From: Saccostrea cucullata
Taxonomy: Eukaryota
Assembly (NCBI RefSeq): GCF_032062105.1
Contig: NW_026938294.1
Span: 1-64,000, forward strand
DNA length: 64,000 nucleotides
Reading direction: 5' to 3'
How positions within the stretch are numbered: position 1 is the first letter of the stretch; every line of letters starts with the position of its first letter. The translations under genes were made by a program, and so were the position numbers. The notes under the pieces were generated by a model. That model had not been told where the DNA came from, ran no database searches, and was given only the letters and a program-made list of their open reading frames with translations. Below, piece after piece: positions 24,501 through 38,543 of this stretch.

Positions 24501-27500
24501 AAACAAACTAAAGTTTTCAGTCAATAAACAAATAGCAATTTACAATTATTTTCGAAAATTATATAATATTAATTGAATATGAAGTTCATAAAAATTTGCA
24601 ACTGCTTCTGCCCTACTCTAGATCATGCTTATGGTTTCTAAATGTAAGATACTTTAAATCATTTCCAAATACTTATTGTTTTGTGTAATTTTTATATAAT
24701 AATAAAAATCATTTAGCTATTGGAAGAATATTAAAAATACCAAGAAAAACATTTGACTTTCCAGAATATATTTTATATACATTTCTGCTTATAACCAGTA
24801 TATTTTCAAAGACAAGCGAAGTCGTAATATATGTAGAAGACCATAAGTATGTACATGTATATATGTATTTTATTTTGGAAATTTTGCAAAATGTTGTATT
24901 AGGAGAAGACTTGTGTCTAATCCTTCTGACTCTTTGTCAATAAAATATGTTCAATTAAATTCTAAGTTTTGGCAGGAAAACTAAGGAACATATAGTAGAT
25001 TTCTTAACAATCAATCATTTGCACAGAACAGTGATAATCAGAGGTGATACTTATTAATTAATTGCAAAGCAAAACACAAAAACGGAAGCGGTTATCGCAA
25101 TACTTACATTTTGAACATTGGACCAGTCATGGCTTCCATTATACACTACAATGCTAATTTTCCTGATAGTCATACGAGAATGTTTTGTAGTAAAATCTCG
25201 TATTGCTTTAACCATCAGTTTTGCTGTTTGATCACTAGGATAATGTAAGGATCCAACTCCAAGCGTTGGAAAAGCAATGGATCTTGAGGAATGATTATTA
25301 GCAGTTTCCAGACACTTTTCCATGAATTTCTTTAACGTCTAAAATACCAAACAATATGAATATCAATTGAATCAAAGCAATTTACCAAAGAAAACGTGTG
25401 TGTAAAACTACCTTAGGTTTTGTTTATCCTTCAATTTAATTCATATTTTAGAAAATAAGTACGGGTCTCTGTAAGAATCAGGCAATGTGTGTATAAAAGT
25501 GAATCATGAGGGTTTTCAGAATTCGATGATTTTACACACATAGGTTTCTCTTGCACTATGAACCACGTATGTAAAATGAAAATTATTTTGGGTCCTGGTT
25601 ACTATGGAAACATGGCCAAAGAAATTTTCCCTAGCAACCAGTCAATTTTCAATGAGAATGGACAAATATATCACTAAACTTAGAGGCTTGAAATGGAATG
25701 TGAATATTATCAGAGCGGTTCTTAAATAATGTTATCATAAAGATAAACATTTCAAATAATTCAAATAATAAAACCATGTAATACACGGAATTTTTATTAT
25801 TAGATATTTCTTTTATGGGCAATGGAAGATATGCATGTTTTGCATTTTTTGCTGATTCAGCATTTTTGTTAATTTGGGCAAATTTCAAGGCCTTATATCT
25901 CAAACTTCTGGCACAATACAAGAGTATGGTATATTTTACATAAAGGCAGAGGAATATACCTTTTGGAATATAAATTCAAAAACGTGTGTTTTTTAGTATT
26001 GACAGTTGGTTGCCTAGCAACAAAAATGGATGTTTTGATTAAGAGAAAGAGAAAAATTGCCAAATGTGCGAGTTATTTATGGAATAAAATCTTATCGATG
26101 AATACCAAAATCAATTTTTAAAGTAAAAACATATTTCTGAGACTTTAATGAATCAAGGAATATTTTGCAAATACTAATCACCATAGCATCAGAAACTCCT
26201 CCATAGCAACAAAGGAAATAAACCCACTTTTGACACACACTCATATATATGTTTTTAAAGATTATTCAACGTTTGACTGACTTCAGTGATTTAAGTGCAT
26301 CAGGGCATTTTTTTGTACTTTATAAGTCCCTAACCTGTGAAACTGGAGGGGGCTTTAGGTTTCTCTGAGTCTGTCCTTCGGTATAGCTGTCCCCATGTCT
26401 GTCTGTAAGTCTGTCCTACTTAATTGGATTTCCGCACTTCTATTCTAAACGCTTGTAGATATCGAGCTGAATTTCTGCATGTGAGTGTATCTTGGTGAGT
26501 TACAGATCAAGTTTGAATGTCGTTAAAGCTCATTGATTTTTGATAAAATGGCGTTTTAATTTTTTCATAATGGTTTAAGATCGGGTTCGTGCTGCGCTAA
26601 ATTCCAAAGGTCAACATGGTAAATATGAAGCCAAAAGAAGGTGTTGAAAAAATGAGTTGAATTTCCGTCTTTATGGTTTTTTTTATTAAAGGCATGCATA
26701 TACGCAAAATTTTAACATCAAACGCTTTTTTCTTGGTCATAACTTTTGCATGATATTATAAATTGACGTTCTAGAGAAAAGGGGGAACCCGGTAGGGGAC
26801 ATGCATTGCTTCCGCAATAATCTCAAAATGCTTGTTAACCTATGGCAGCAACACTGAGCATGTAGCTATTATGAAAAGTTATAAAGCACCATCATCTATA
26901 ATGACCTGAACATTTATAAAGGAGCTGTAAGTGAGATATGTACTGTCTCTGAATTTCAGTCTTAAAACTCCCTTTAAAGTCTGTGACATTGTCATTGAAA
27001 GGTATGCAAAGAATAAGTTGCTATGTGTCATTGTTACCATGGCAACATGTCATAAATTTTCAAAAATATGGCATTTTTTAACATGTTTAGAGTGTTATAG
27101 TTAACATTTATACCTAAACAAGATTCCAGGCCATATAAGTTAAACAAGTTTTCTTTCGATCTCAATCTCACAGTTAAAGGTTGATATACATGTACAACAA
27201 AATATTAGAGAAAAGAGCCTTGAAACATTTTCCACAACAACAACCACAACAAGCCTTCAACTGTAAAATTTGCATGTTTTTATTTTATCCTACATTTTAA
27301 AAAAATCACATTTCGAGTGAGCAATCAGGTGCAACGAAATCGAACTTTGTATACCCGTCTGACAGTGCCGATTTATGAGAAATGTTCAGCTTTACATCTA
27401 AATGTACCCAAGAAAGTAAATTCCAAAAGCCAGGCACGTATCATCGATTTTGAAAGTGGGGAGGCCAGCCAGAGAAAATTTTTTTTTACTTACCTAAACA

Positions 27501-30500
27501 AGTTGACAAGGAAAAAAAAAGAATAAGTTCTCCAAAGACGAAAATCCTATTTCGTGGGGGGTGGGGGGGGGTGGGGGGGTGTTAGAGACCAACTTTTTTC
27601 GGTGCCAACATCTTTCAGTACCGATTCATTATGCTATATTTTCGTTCTACAAGAAAAAGTGGGGGGGGGGCAAACAGCCCCCCCCCTCGGTTGCTAGGTG
27701 CCTGAAAGCAGCAAGGTATTACTTTAAACCACTGGTACTTTGTTGTTGCTCTACTGGTCAGAGACCAGAAGAGCTTATGCGATAGTAATGCGTCCGTTCG
27801 TCCGTCCGTTCTCACGAAATAATGGTTAAGTGACAGTTTTTGTGCCCATTTAAGATTTATGTGACTCTTTTGTTTTATGTGACTGTCACATACAAATTTG
27901 ATTTTTTTTAGCAGAAATGAGTGTTATGTGACTTAAAAATCATTCTAAAGAAGTGTCACATAAAAAAATACGGACAATATTGTCCGTATATGGACGTCCG
28001 TCAAAAGGTTTTGAGATTTACCTCCCTTACCCCATGTATCATGTTTTGCGCCACATAATTTTTTTGGAAAAAGTCACATAAATTTGTCAGTCACATAACC
28101 TGCATTTCGTGGGTCTGTCCGTCTGTTTGCCCGTCTGTCTGTCTGTAAACAGTTTTTCAAAATGCTACTCCTCCTACAGTTTTGGTCTGATTTCAATATA
28201 ACTTGGCACACCAGTAGACTACACTAAGATACATAATTCTGTGTATCGGTTTTGAATTTCGATGAACGGTGTTGCCGTGGTTACTAAAAAAAGAAATTTC
28301 TGTGAAATTCTTTCAAAATGCTACTCCTCCTACAGTTTTGGTCTGATTTCAATATAACTTGGCACACAAGTAGATTACACTACGATATATAATTCTGTGT
28401 ATCGAATTTGATTTCAATGAACGGCGTTGCCGTGGTAACTAAAAATAGAAATTTCTGTGAAATTCTTTCAAAATGCTATTCCTTCTACAGTTTTGGTCTG
28501 ATTTCAATATAACTTGGCACACAAGTAGACTACACTAAGATACATAGTTCTGTATATCGGTTTTTGATTTCGATGAACGGTGTTGCTGTTGTTACTAAAA
28601 ATAGAAATTTCTGTGAAATTCTTTCAAAATGCTACACCTCCTACAGTTTTGGTCTTATTTCAATATAACTTGGCACACAAGTAGACTACACTAAGGTACA
28701 TAGTTCTCTGAATGGTGTTGCCATGGTTACTAAATATAGAAATTTCTGTTAAATACTCTCAAAATGCTACTTCAAATACAGTTTTAGTCTGATTATAATA
28801 TAATGTGGCATGCAAGTAGACTACACTAAGAACATAAAGATACTTAATCAAGGATCATTATTCTATTTATTGCTGTTGAAAAGTTTCAATTTCCAACTGC
28901 TTAAGTACTTTTCTCTTCCTTTGCTATACGTACAAACCAGTAGAGCTTCAGTCTCGACAGAGACTTCTGGTTTTTGTGGTCACACTGCAAGGTATAAAAT
29001 GCTCAAATGTTCTTATGTTTTTGGTGTTGTGGAGTTGCAAGGTCCTGAAAAAGATGTGTTCATGTCACAAATGCAGATTCAGGGCCGGTGTGCCCCCCCC
29101 CCCTTTTTGAAGATTTTGTGCATGTAGAGTAGAATATATAAAATTTATATGTCCACTATCCTAAAATCAAGGAAAAAACATCTTTCATTTGTGGACCCCA
29201 ACTAGTGACATGCCCTAAACCCACTGGGAACTTCAATGCAGTCCAGGACCCCCGGTCTTCTACCCCACCCCCACCCCCATGACAAGATTCCTTGATCGAC
29301 TTTCTTGAATTTTCCTGTTTTTTTTCTCAAGATAGGAGCAATAGCCCAATTTAAGTAAACTAAACAGATAGCTACTGAAACATACAAATTAATGTTGAAG
29401 TCAGAAAATCTAGTGGGTACAGGTATTCTAAATAATGCATGAATTAGAAGTCAGATTTTTCAAATATAAAAAAACCAACATTTTTTTATTAAATTCAAAC
29501 ATTTGGAAATGAAGTTATTCTTTGAAAATTAAGGTACGAGTACATCAATGGCATTAGGAATTCTATTTATTTTATCTCAGTTTAGTTCAGTTTATTGAAG
29601 TCAAGTTTCGAACCTGCGACGTAAGGATTGACTCAATACTTTATGACTCTATAGAGCAGACGCTCTAACTACTGCGTCACGCGGGCGAAAAGAATATATA
29701 CAGGTAACTCTTGATGGCTCGAACTTCGATCTCTCGAAGTTCTTGATCGCTCGAAGTCAGTATCCGGTCCCGATTTTTTTCCCTATATAACTAAGCAAAT
29801 TTACTCTTGATTTCTCGAACTCTTGATCTCTCGAAACCCTTGATCTCTCGAAGTCAAAATGTAGTCCCGCTATGCATATTCTATTAAAATTTACCCTTGA
29901 AACCTCGAAGTGGCTATGTGTATACAATCATGAATGTTACACAATTACCTGGACATTTAAATGGTCCAAGGCAGAAGACGCGGGTCTCGAGAAACGGGAT
30001 GTTTATACAGGTGACACTTGTACTGCTAGGTGATAATTGATTTATAGTTAATCATATGTTGCCTACATGCTATTAAAAAAATTATCATAGACTGTCTTAC
30101 GATAATTCAGAGAAGCGGTGTGAATGAAAAATAGTAAATTGAATACAAGACGAAAAACTAACTAGTTTAATTTTTATTCGAGTCAGTGTCAAAGGTTATC
30201 GAAATATGAAAATGCAGAAACAGCCTCAATGTCAATATTACGACTATTGTTGCACAAATACTTACAGAATCCCGTCCAACGTTTAATGATATTGTTTGAA
30301 GTAGTCAATGCTATGTACGACGCGGTAAAATGTCGTTTTTATTTAACGAATGCGTAGTTTGACGTCTGTATCAAAAAGAATACATAAATAAACTTGAAGT
30401 GACGATGTACATTTTTCTATTTACTCAATTTAATAAATATATCTACCATACGAAAACATACGGTGCTGTTTTATAAAAACCACGTGTAAAGGGTTAGCAC

Positions 30501-33500
30501 TGCATGAAAATTATTACATTCGGTAAGACTAATTTCAAAACCGGTCAACAAACCCGGAAAATTCCGGACTCTTGAAATCTCGAACTCTTGATATCTCAAA
30601 GTTTTTTCTCAGTCCCGCGGATTTCGAGGTATCGAGAGTTACCTGTATACTTTGTGTTACAGTTTCTATCGAACATGAACAATTTTCCTAAGCCTAGCCA
30701 ATGAAATTAATTTTTATGCGCCCGAATATTTTTGTCCTGTCTAGTTGTTTGTCTGTCTGTTATCAACTTTAACCTTCGGCATAACTTTTGAACCGTTCGA
30801 GATAGAGACTTCATATTTGGAATGCATACTCCACTAATTTAACACTTTCAACTGACACGAAGGTCAATGAGCTTGTGACCTTGACTGTAACCTATATGCT
30901 AAAAATAGCTTTTTAGAACTTTGTTGCGGCCGGGCGCATAGTGTTTCACAAACACATCTTGTTAACATTTACAATGCAGTCATCATTCTTTTCTATCCTT
31001 TTTTGGAGACATGCTTGAAGAATACAATTATCACAACTTAAAACCAGAAGTCTCTGTCGAGACTGAAGCTCTACCGGTTTTTACTTATAGCAAAGGAAGA
31101 GAAAAGTTCTTAAGCAGCTGGGAATTGAAACTTTACCACGGCAATAAAAAGAATAATGATCCTTGATTAAGACTCTTAATGTTCTTAGTGTAGTCTACTT
31201 GCATGCCACATTATATTATAATCAGACTTTAACTGTATTTGGAGTAGCATTTTGAGAATTTTTAACAAAAATTTCTAATCTTAGTTACCACGGCATCATT
31301 GAAATCAGAAACGGATACACAGAATTATGTATCTTAGTGTAGTCTACTTGTGTGCCAAGTTATATTGAAATCAGACCAAAACTGTAGGAGGAGAAGCATT
31401 TTGAAAGAATTTCACAGAAATTTCTATTTTTAGTAACAACAGCAACACCGTTCATCGAAATCAAAAACGGATACACAGAATTATGTATCTTAGTGTAGTC
31501 TACTTGTGTGCCAATTTATATTGAAATCAGACCAAAACTGTAGGAGTAGTAGCATTTTGAAAGAATTTCACAGAAATTTCTAATCTTAGTAACAACCGCA
31601 ACACCGTTCATCGAAATCAAAAACGGATACACAGAATTATGTATCTTAGTGTAGTCTACTTGTGTGCCAAGTTATATTGAACTCAGACCAAAACTGTAGG
31701 AGGAGTAGCATTTTGAAAAATTATTTACAGACAGACGGACGGACGACGGACGCATTATTATCGCATAAGCTCTTCTGGTCTCTGACCAGTAGAGCTAAAA
31801 ACACAATATTTAAGGGTTTTCTTTTCCCTGACGAGTTCAATATAAAATTCACCTAATTCACAATATATTACCATAATGTAATATGTTTTCTGAAAAGGGT
31901 ACATAGTGCGGTGTGCAAATATAATTATGTATTGTTGTACAATTTTTAGTGTATTGATGTATACGGTTATACTTATTGAATACATCATAACACCCCTCCT
32001 TTTAAATAACACTATATTTCATTTTAAGTTACAAAAATAGTTTGATTAATCTTTTAAAACTAATTCTTTTCAAGTTTAAAAAATACACACAAAATTAGAG
32101 AGAATTTGTACACTTCGATTGATTGATTGTGTTTATTGTTAAACGTCTCTCTCAAGAATTTTTCACTCACATGGAGACGCCACCACTTGCTGGTGGAGAG
32201 CTGCAAATTTTGTCCTATACACGACATTGGGGAACATTGGGCAAGGAGCGATCTTTTTCATGCCAGCACCTACTGCGACATGGGTCCTCTGTTACAACAC
32301 ACTTGATTTGCATTTAATGTAAACTAAAATTTATTGAAATTAAGTTTTCATCGTCATACCACTTATGCAAATTAATATATCTGGTTGTAGCATAGGCATC
32401 GGTAGCGGTGGGGTCTACACACATAATGTAAACATTAAAAATTGGGGGGGGGGGGGGGGGGGGGTTTCAATTTGCTACCGACAGCTATGCATAAGAAAAA
32501 AGAGTTTGACTGAGAGACCTTTTACGTGTATAATCATCTTCTTGTTCTCAACGAGAATAAATCAATACATGTAAAATCAAAACGTTTTTTCAACAATATA
32601 ATTATTACAAATTAATTCTCTCAATTACTAAAATCTATAATTTTTGTTTAATAAATTTTATTCAAATTGTGTTAAATGTCCACATGGTAAAAAAAAGTTT
32701 ATGAACACTCTAATTGCATTAAAAAAAAATTTCGTGCTAGATGAAGATGTGCTTTTATTGTAAAAAAAAAAAAAAAATATCATATATCAATTATATATAT
32801 GATATATAAATATTTTTTTAAACAGCTGGAGCAAGCCCCTGTGCACCAAGATGCATTTTGTAACTTCATAAAAAGATTGAGCATGAGGAAAGCTTAAAGT
32901 GTGGTAAAAATTGTAAATCATGCTTGCTTTAACATCTATCCGTCTAATCAAGCTACTCTTAGTATACATGCAGTGTTATGTAGGGATTGTGTCTGTCACT
33001 GTCTGACCTGACACATGTGTACATTGTCTCTCACTAATGTGTGTTAATGTAATATTTTTATTGCGAAATGTACCGGGGTCGGGAGAGAGTCAGGACAGAG
33101 GCCTCTTCAGGTCTCACAATTTTCAAAGCAGAGGAATCTCGGGTTTAATGCATGAAAGCCAAACAATGGAAAGAAAAAGCACAGGAGCTTGCTCCCAGCG
33201 TGTAATAATTAAATAAAAATCAAATAGGGAGAAATACAAGGGAAGTTATTGGGAAGCAAAAATGCTTCAAAATGCAGAAAAAATGAATATTCACTTTTAA
33301 AATTCTTTTACACATATCATTTGCACACCGATTTTTTTTTATTTAAAATATTTAATACAATGAAATATTGATCTTCATGTTTCTATGCTGAATTTGTAAA
33401 TCATTGTATTTATTTGTTTTAAGCCTTTAAAAACCGAGCAGAATTTACCATATTTTGATATTTTCCAGTAAATAACATGACCACTTACAAGTGTGAAATT

Positions 33501-36500
33501 AAAATTGAACCGTAAACGTTCTTTGAATCTCTAGCATTGGTTTAAAAAAAAAAATTAAACACAAATTTGATTATCTCCTTTCATTTCTGGATATCTTTAT
33601 GAAAAGTGCAGATTTTCATGATTTACAGAAATGAGAAAGTTTGCATCACGTTTCCATGGCAACCGAAGTTATAATTCAAAAATACTTATAGATCTCACAA
33701 TCAATCACACATTTCTTTAAAATTATGATAGAAAAAATCCAAATCTATAACTATGCGATGCCAATAAATTTTGATAATTACGGAGAATTGGTCTTAAAAT
33801 GCTTATGTACAGAGAATTTCAAGAATAACTTGAGCTCGTTGTTGTGTATAATTTTATCATCGTTATAAACTCGGCAATACTGCTATGCATTAATTAAGAA
33901 CAAAAATTACTATTGTTAAAGTTCAACACTATTCTTATGTATACTAAGTCATCATTTCTAGACGAAAATAATCAAAACTGTAAATGAGTGCCTGTCAAAA
34001 CTGGATTTATTTCCTTTGTTGCTATGGGGAAGTTTCTGTTGCTATGGTGATTAGTATTTGCAAATATTCCTGGATTCATAAAGAAGTCTCAGAAATATGT
34101 TTTACTTTAAAAACTGATTTTGGTATCCACCAATAAGGTTTAATTCCATAAATTAACTCGCACATTTGACAGTTTTTCTCTTTCTCTTAATCAAAACATC
34201 CATTTTTGTTGCTAGGCAACCGATTGTAAATATCAAAAAACACACGTTTTTGAATTTATATTCCAAACAGGATATTCCTCTGCTTTTATGTTAAATATAC
34301 CATACTCTTGTATTGTGCCAGAAGTTTGAGATATATGGCCTCGAAAATTGCCCAAATTAACAAAAATGCTGAATCAGCAAAAAATGCTAAACATGTATAT
34401 CTTCCATTGCCCATAAAAGAAACATCTAAAAATAAAAATTCCATGTATTACATGGTTTTATTATTTGAAATGTTTATCTTTATGATAACATTATTTAAGA
34501 ACCGCTCTGATAATATTCACATTCCATTTCAAGCCTCTAAGTTTAGTGATATATTTGTCCATTCTCATGAAAAATTGACTGGTTGCTAGGGAAAATTTCT
34601 TTGGCCGTGTTTCCTTAGTAACCAGGACCCAAAATAATTTTCATTTTACATACGTGGTTCATAGGGTAAGAGAAACCTATGTGTGTAAAATCATCGAATT
34701 CTGAGAACCCTCATGATTCACCCTTTGTCTGATTCTTACAGAGACCTGTACATAATTATAATATTAGAATTACTGATGATGGATCAGGTTGACTTGTGCC
34801 CCAATTTGGCAGAGCCCCGTGGTACACAAATTTGCATGGAAGTTGATAACCTCTACTGACTGAAACATCTCCGTATTCAACACCATTGGGATAATTATTG
34901 TTTAGTTCATCTTGCATTTGTCGACCAGCAATCCTCAACAAAGCTTCAGACAATCCTCCATTGCTGAGTTGTAAGTCTTTTGGTCCACTACACACTAACA
35001 CATCTGCCTGTACCGTTCAACAAAGCATTTTCATCATATAAAAGGTATGTTTTTCCAATTTGATTGACATTGAGATATTATAGGTTGAAAACCCCTAAAT
35101 GCATCTTAATTCGAGAAACGGGGTTTACTCAGTATTCTGGGATTCTATGAATACTTACGTGAACACTATTTAACGCGCCTACAATGACCTCAACGTCTGG
35201 TTTGCCAATTTTAGCGCTATTTTGTGGACCTTTTTTCGATACATGTGGCTGTGGAGTAGGATAATGGACCTCTGAATTATAAGAAAGAAATAAATATTCC
35301 TCGATTACTAGTATACAAACTCAAAAACTAATAGATTCTATTATTTAACTGTATATATATGATAATACGCTTTTGTTACAACTCCAAAATCACATACAAC
35401 CTCACCTGCCTGTAAAGATGTATATGTTTTAGCCACTGTCAAGAATGTCTGCAAGTAAAATGAATAAAATAAGTAGGAGGAAAGAATCAAGTTAAACAAG
35501 TCGATAAAACCACTTTACTTCGAAAAGCATAATAGGTATCAGTCTCAAAGTACTGAATATCCTCCTCGTAATTTAACCTGTTGGCAATTTTCCATGCCGA
35601 GTCATTACATCATATATACTTTTAAATTCCTCATTCAAGGTTAACCATCTTTGAAGTTGTTTTATTTATCAATTCTTACGTATTAAAAACTATCATTGAT
35701 TTATTACGAAAAGGTATCAATAATATTTTTATTAACTAACTTAACTAACATTTGAAAACACTTCTGAAAATGATTCTTGGAAAGCAATTTTTAAAGAAAT
35801 CAATGAAGAAATGAAAACAAATATTAAAACATATATCCGGATATAAAACATACTTCCGAAAAAAGCTCATTTTTGATAGTTAAAAGTAAAAGTGAACTTA
35901 TTCAGATTATATTTCTAGATCAAAACAGTTAATCTGAAAGAAGGACATAACAAAAAGTAATCAAGCTCAAAGGTTAATTTAGACATATAAAATTTGAACA
36001 AACAGAGATTGAACAAATATTAACATCCAAACACTTCAGTTCATGTGTCAAGAAGGAGTAAGGATTCCTTGTCAACCGATTCCAAGTCGGGTTTTTTAAA
36101 TAAGGAATTTATATTGCCCTGAGTTCCACAACTTACCTTGAAAAGATCGTGATCTTTCTTGAAGATCACAACGAGGACTTCCTGGAGTGATTGTGGAGTA
36201 ATATTTTTTATACAAGTTAACATAATTTCGGCAACAGTTGTTGCAGGGTATCCAAGCCTTCCAGCACCAAGCGCGGGAAAAGCGATCGTCTGATGGCCAT
36301 CTGATTCCGCTTGTTTCAATGAGCCATCGATGAGATTTTCAAGTGTCTGAAAAGAAGTAAGTGTAACTTTCATTCCTATCTATATGTCTTATAAATTTTA
36401 CGTGTCATAAAAATATATTTCTAAATTAAAATTGTACCCAATATGTTCATCGTATAAAAAAGTACTTTTTTCGTAAAAAAAGAACAACAGTGTAATGGAA

Positions 36501-37210
36501 TCAAATGCTGAATATTATAAACCTGTTCATCTTGTTTTGAAGAATATTTTGACAGCGCCCCGTGATAAATCGCCTTGCAAGAAAGTTGTCCCCCAGAGGT
36601 AATGGCAATATCTCCGTACTGTATCCCATTAGGGTATTTCTGTTGGCATTCCCTCTGAATTCCGGAACCAGCAGCATTTAACAAAGCCTTTGAAGCACGA
36701 CCTTTACTCAGGTCAAGGTCACACCCATTGCTATTTACTATTACATCAACCTTGAATCACAATGAAAGGACAAAGGGTCAAAACCCAAGATTGAATCTTC
36801 AAATAATGAAAAATGAATTAATCAGAGAAAGAGGTAATTCTAAAAATGATTCTGCCTATCTCAGTTGAGTACTGAATCCTATTTATAAAAGACAGTAAAC
36901 TTTTTAAATCTTTTCATTTCTTTAAAAAAAGAAGGAAATGACATTATCATTTTGTTACTATTTCAACATACGGAATTTGTTGGATGATTTTAAATACTTT
37001 TACTCTGTCTTGTAAACCACTAAACCGTACTCGTTTTCATTTTTTTTTCTTTTGGTCGAACAGTGTCGTTTAAGTAATATTTTAGAAAGGACAGTTTATG
37101 AAATAATTGAGAACACTCCCAGTTACCTGTTGGTCAGAAAGGTTTCCCTTAATAACACGAACTCTGATATTCCCCACAATAACGAATCTGCTACCGCCAT
37201 CTGTTGCCAT
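21510..37210 (-). CDS. Macro-PARP copy C: intact three-macrodomain ADP-ribosyltransferase (PARP14/15-like architecture, H-Y-E triad), 879 aa
   Basis: 14 coding exons with GT-AG ends and consistent phases: 37210-37127, 36750-36523, 36346-36137, 35448-35406, 35271-35159, 35007-34774, 25338-25108, 24493-24433, 23966-23878, 23714-23472, 23370-23140, 22910-22874, 22761-22174, 21757-21510 (sum 2640 nt). Macro motifs (VIVNS, IAFPALG(A/T)G) occur three times; PARP motifs FHAT, GVYGA, SKS, REFVVY, QSYPEYLI. Confidence 0.92.
26320..26835 (+). mobile_element. HINE-like element
   Basis: gtccctaacc / ggtaggggac subterminal pair, (GTCT)n-like tract and 3' hairpin followed by cttgtt. Confidence 0.5.
27746..28975 (+). 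mobile_element. pearl/CvA-type Helentron-associated element with 156-bp tandem core (about 4.3 units)
   Basis: Subterminal inverted repeat gctctactgg / ccagtagagc, (GTCC/GTCT)n tract, core units starting at 28161, 28317, 28472, 28628 and 28763, 3' hairpin agtctc-gaca-gagact. Confidence 0.85.
29603..29686 (-). mobile_element. tRNA-derived SINE head
   Basis: Minus strand GCCCGCGTGACGCAGTAGTTAGAGCG...CCTTACGTCGCAGGTTCGAA; shares agtcaatccttacgtcgc with the SINE at about 47200. Confidence 0.65.
29701..30645. mobile_element. Tc1/pogo-type MITE
   Basis: TIR CAGGTAACTCT(T/C)GAT with TA flanks and repeated subterminal ctcgaa motifs. Confidence 0.85.
30712..30963 (+). mobile_element. Short HINE-like element
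   Basis: tatgcgcccg / cgggcgcata subterminal pair, (GTCT)n tract and 3' hairpin gtgtttcacaaacac. Confidence 0.7.
31040..31797 (-). mobile_element. Second copy of the pearl/CvA-type element, inverted relative to 27746-28975 (about 3.3 core units)
   Basis: Reverse complement of the left copy, including both termini and the 156-bp core. Confidence 0.85.
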
Positions 37211-38543
37211 CACTTTACAGTATCAGGAAATTTTTCTTTACAGAGATACCGAAGCTAAGTGACACAAGTCTGGAATTTTGAAAAAGGAAGGAAAAATGTA
37301 TGCGAATCCTTGATAAAAATTTCATTTTATATTGATAAATATTAATTTAGGCAAATTTGCTATAGACATGCTCGAATATCACGCTCCATTTCCTACTCAA
37401 AAAATTATGAAATTACCAAATTTGGGGGGATTTTTTTCGGTTATAAACATAAGGTAGAAGATATTTTTATTAACTGCTTCCTCTCTGATATAACCCTAAT
37501 TTAAATATCCCTGAATTTTTTATGTGTTTTTTTTAAAGTTAATTTGGCCATACAGGGTAAGGTCTGTCATAAGTTGTACTTAATCTCTATCTTTACTTCT
37601 GATTAAAAAAAAAATTAAATGCTGCATATAAAGGCTAAACATCAGACTTCCTGTCCTAAAACATATTCTAGACGCCTTGAAAATAAGAAAAAATGATTCT
37701 CAAAACTACAAAAAACATTAAGAAAATTTTATTTATGTTGAAATGTTTTCAAAATATAGACCATGTATCTTTTATATGAAAGACAATTGCTGTTACTCTC
37801 GGATGTTGAGATATTGCTGAGCGTTGCAAACTGGCAATATCTTTCAATCCTTGTTCAGTGTTAACCATGATCTCTTGGACATCTTCCACAAGTCTTTATA
37901 GTCTCTCAAAGCAAGACAATTTCTAAATGACTGCAAAAGTAAGCAGTATGTACACTAGCCTCAGGATAATGGTTCATTATTTTATAGTTTAGAGTAAAAT
38001 CAAAGGTAAGCATTATATTCAACTTGCTTTTATTAAAGTGGCAATATCACGCATCTTTTTTTGTCCAGAAAGTGTTTGTTCATAAAAATAAATCTTCTTT
38101 TCCAGAACAGAAAGGACACTTATATGTGTTCATTATTTTATAGTTTGAAGAACAACAGAACCAAGATCAAAGGTAAGCGTTATATTCAACTTGCTTTTAT
38201 AAAATTAAAAAAAACTGGCTTGTTTTTCAATCTGATCTCTGTAAACTTGCCGATGATTTATACAATCAATGCATATGCTTAATAATCTTTACTTTTAAAA
38301 AAATTATTACTCTCTACTCACTCTGAATTTGAATAATCTGAATAAATTTTCAAACATGTCGTATAATTTGAGTTGAATACAAGTATTTTACCACGCGAAC
38401 TCCAACCCAAATGTTAAACCCAAAGAGACCATCTGTAATAATTCCCCTTGATTTTTTTTAGGTTACTCTATTTAAATTAACTTTAAATGTCAATTTTTAA
38501 AACTAAATTTTTTTTTTCATTTTCAAAGCATGTAAAATCTTAC

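Larger units (their letters stand above)
25462..34748. mobile_element. Large non-autonomous DNA transposon with about 0.8-kb TIRs, TA-flanked, containing nested insertions
   Basis: 25462-~26250 is the reverse complement of ~33985-34748 (C(G/A)GGTCTCTGTAAGAATCAG...); TA at 25460-61 and 34749-50; no transposase ORF seen. Confidence 0.88.

Noticed and set aside
25649-34589. Near-identical ORFs MYCARSLRY... on opposite strands (25649-25921 and 34308-34589)
   Set aside because: They are the two arms of the transposon TIR, start at TTG, differ by indels and show no domain motif.
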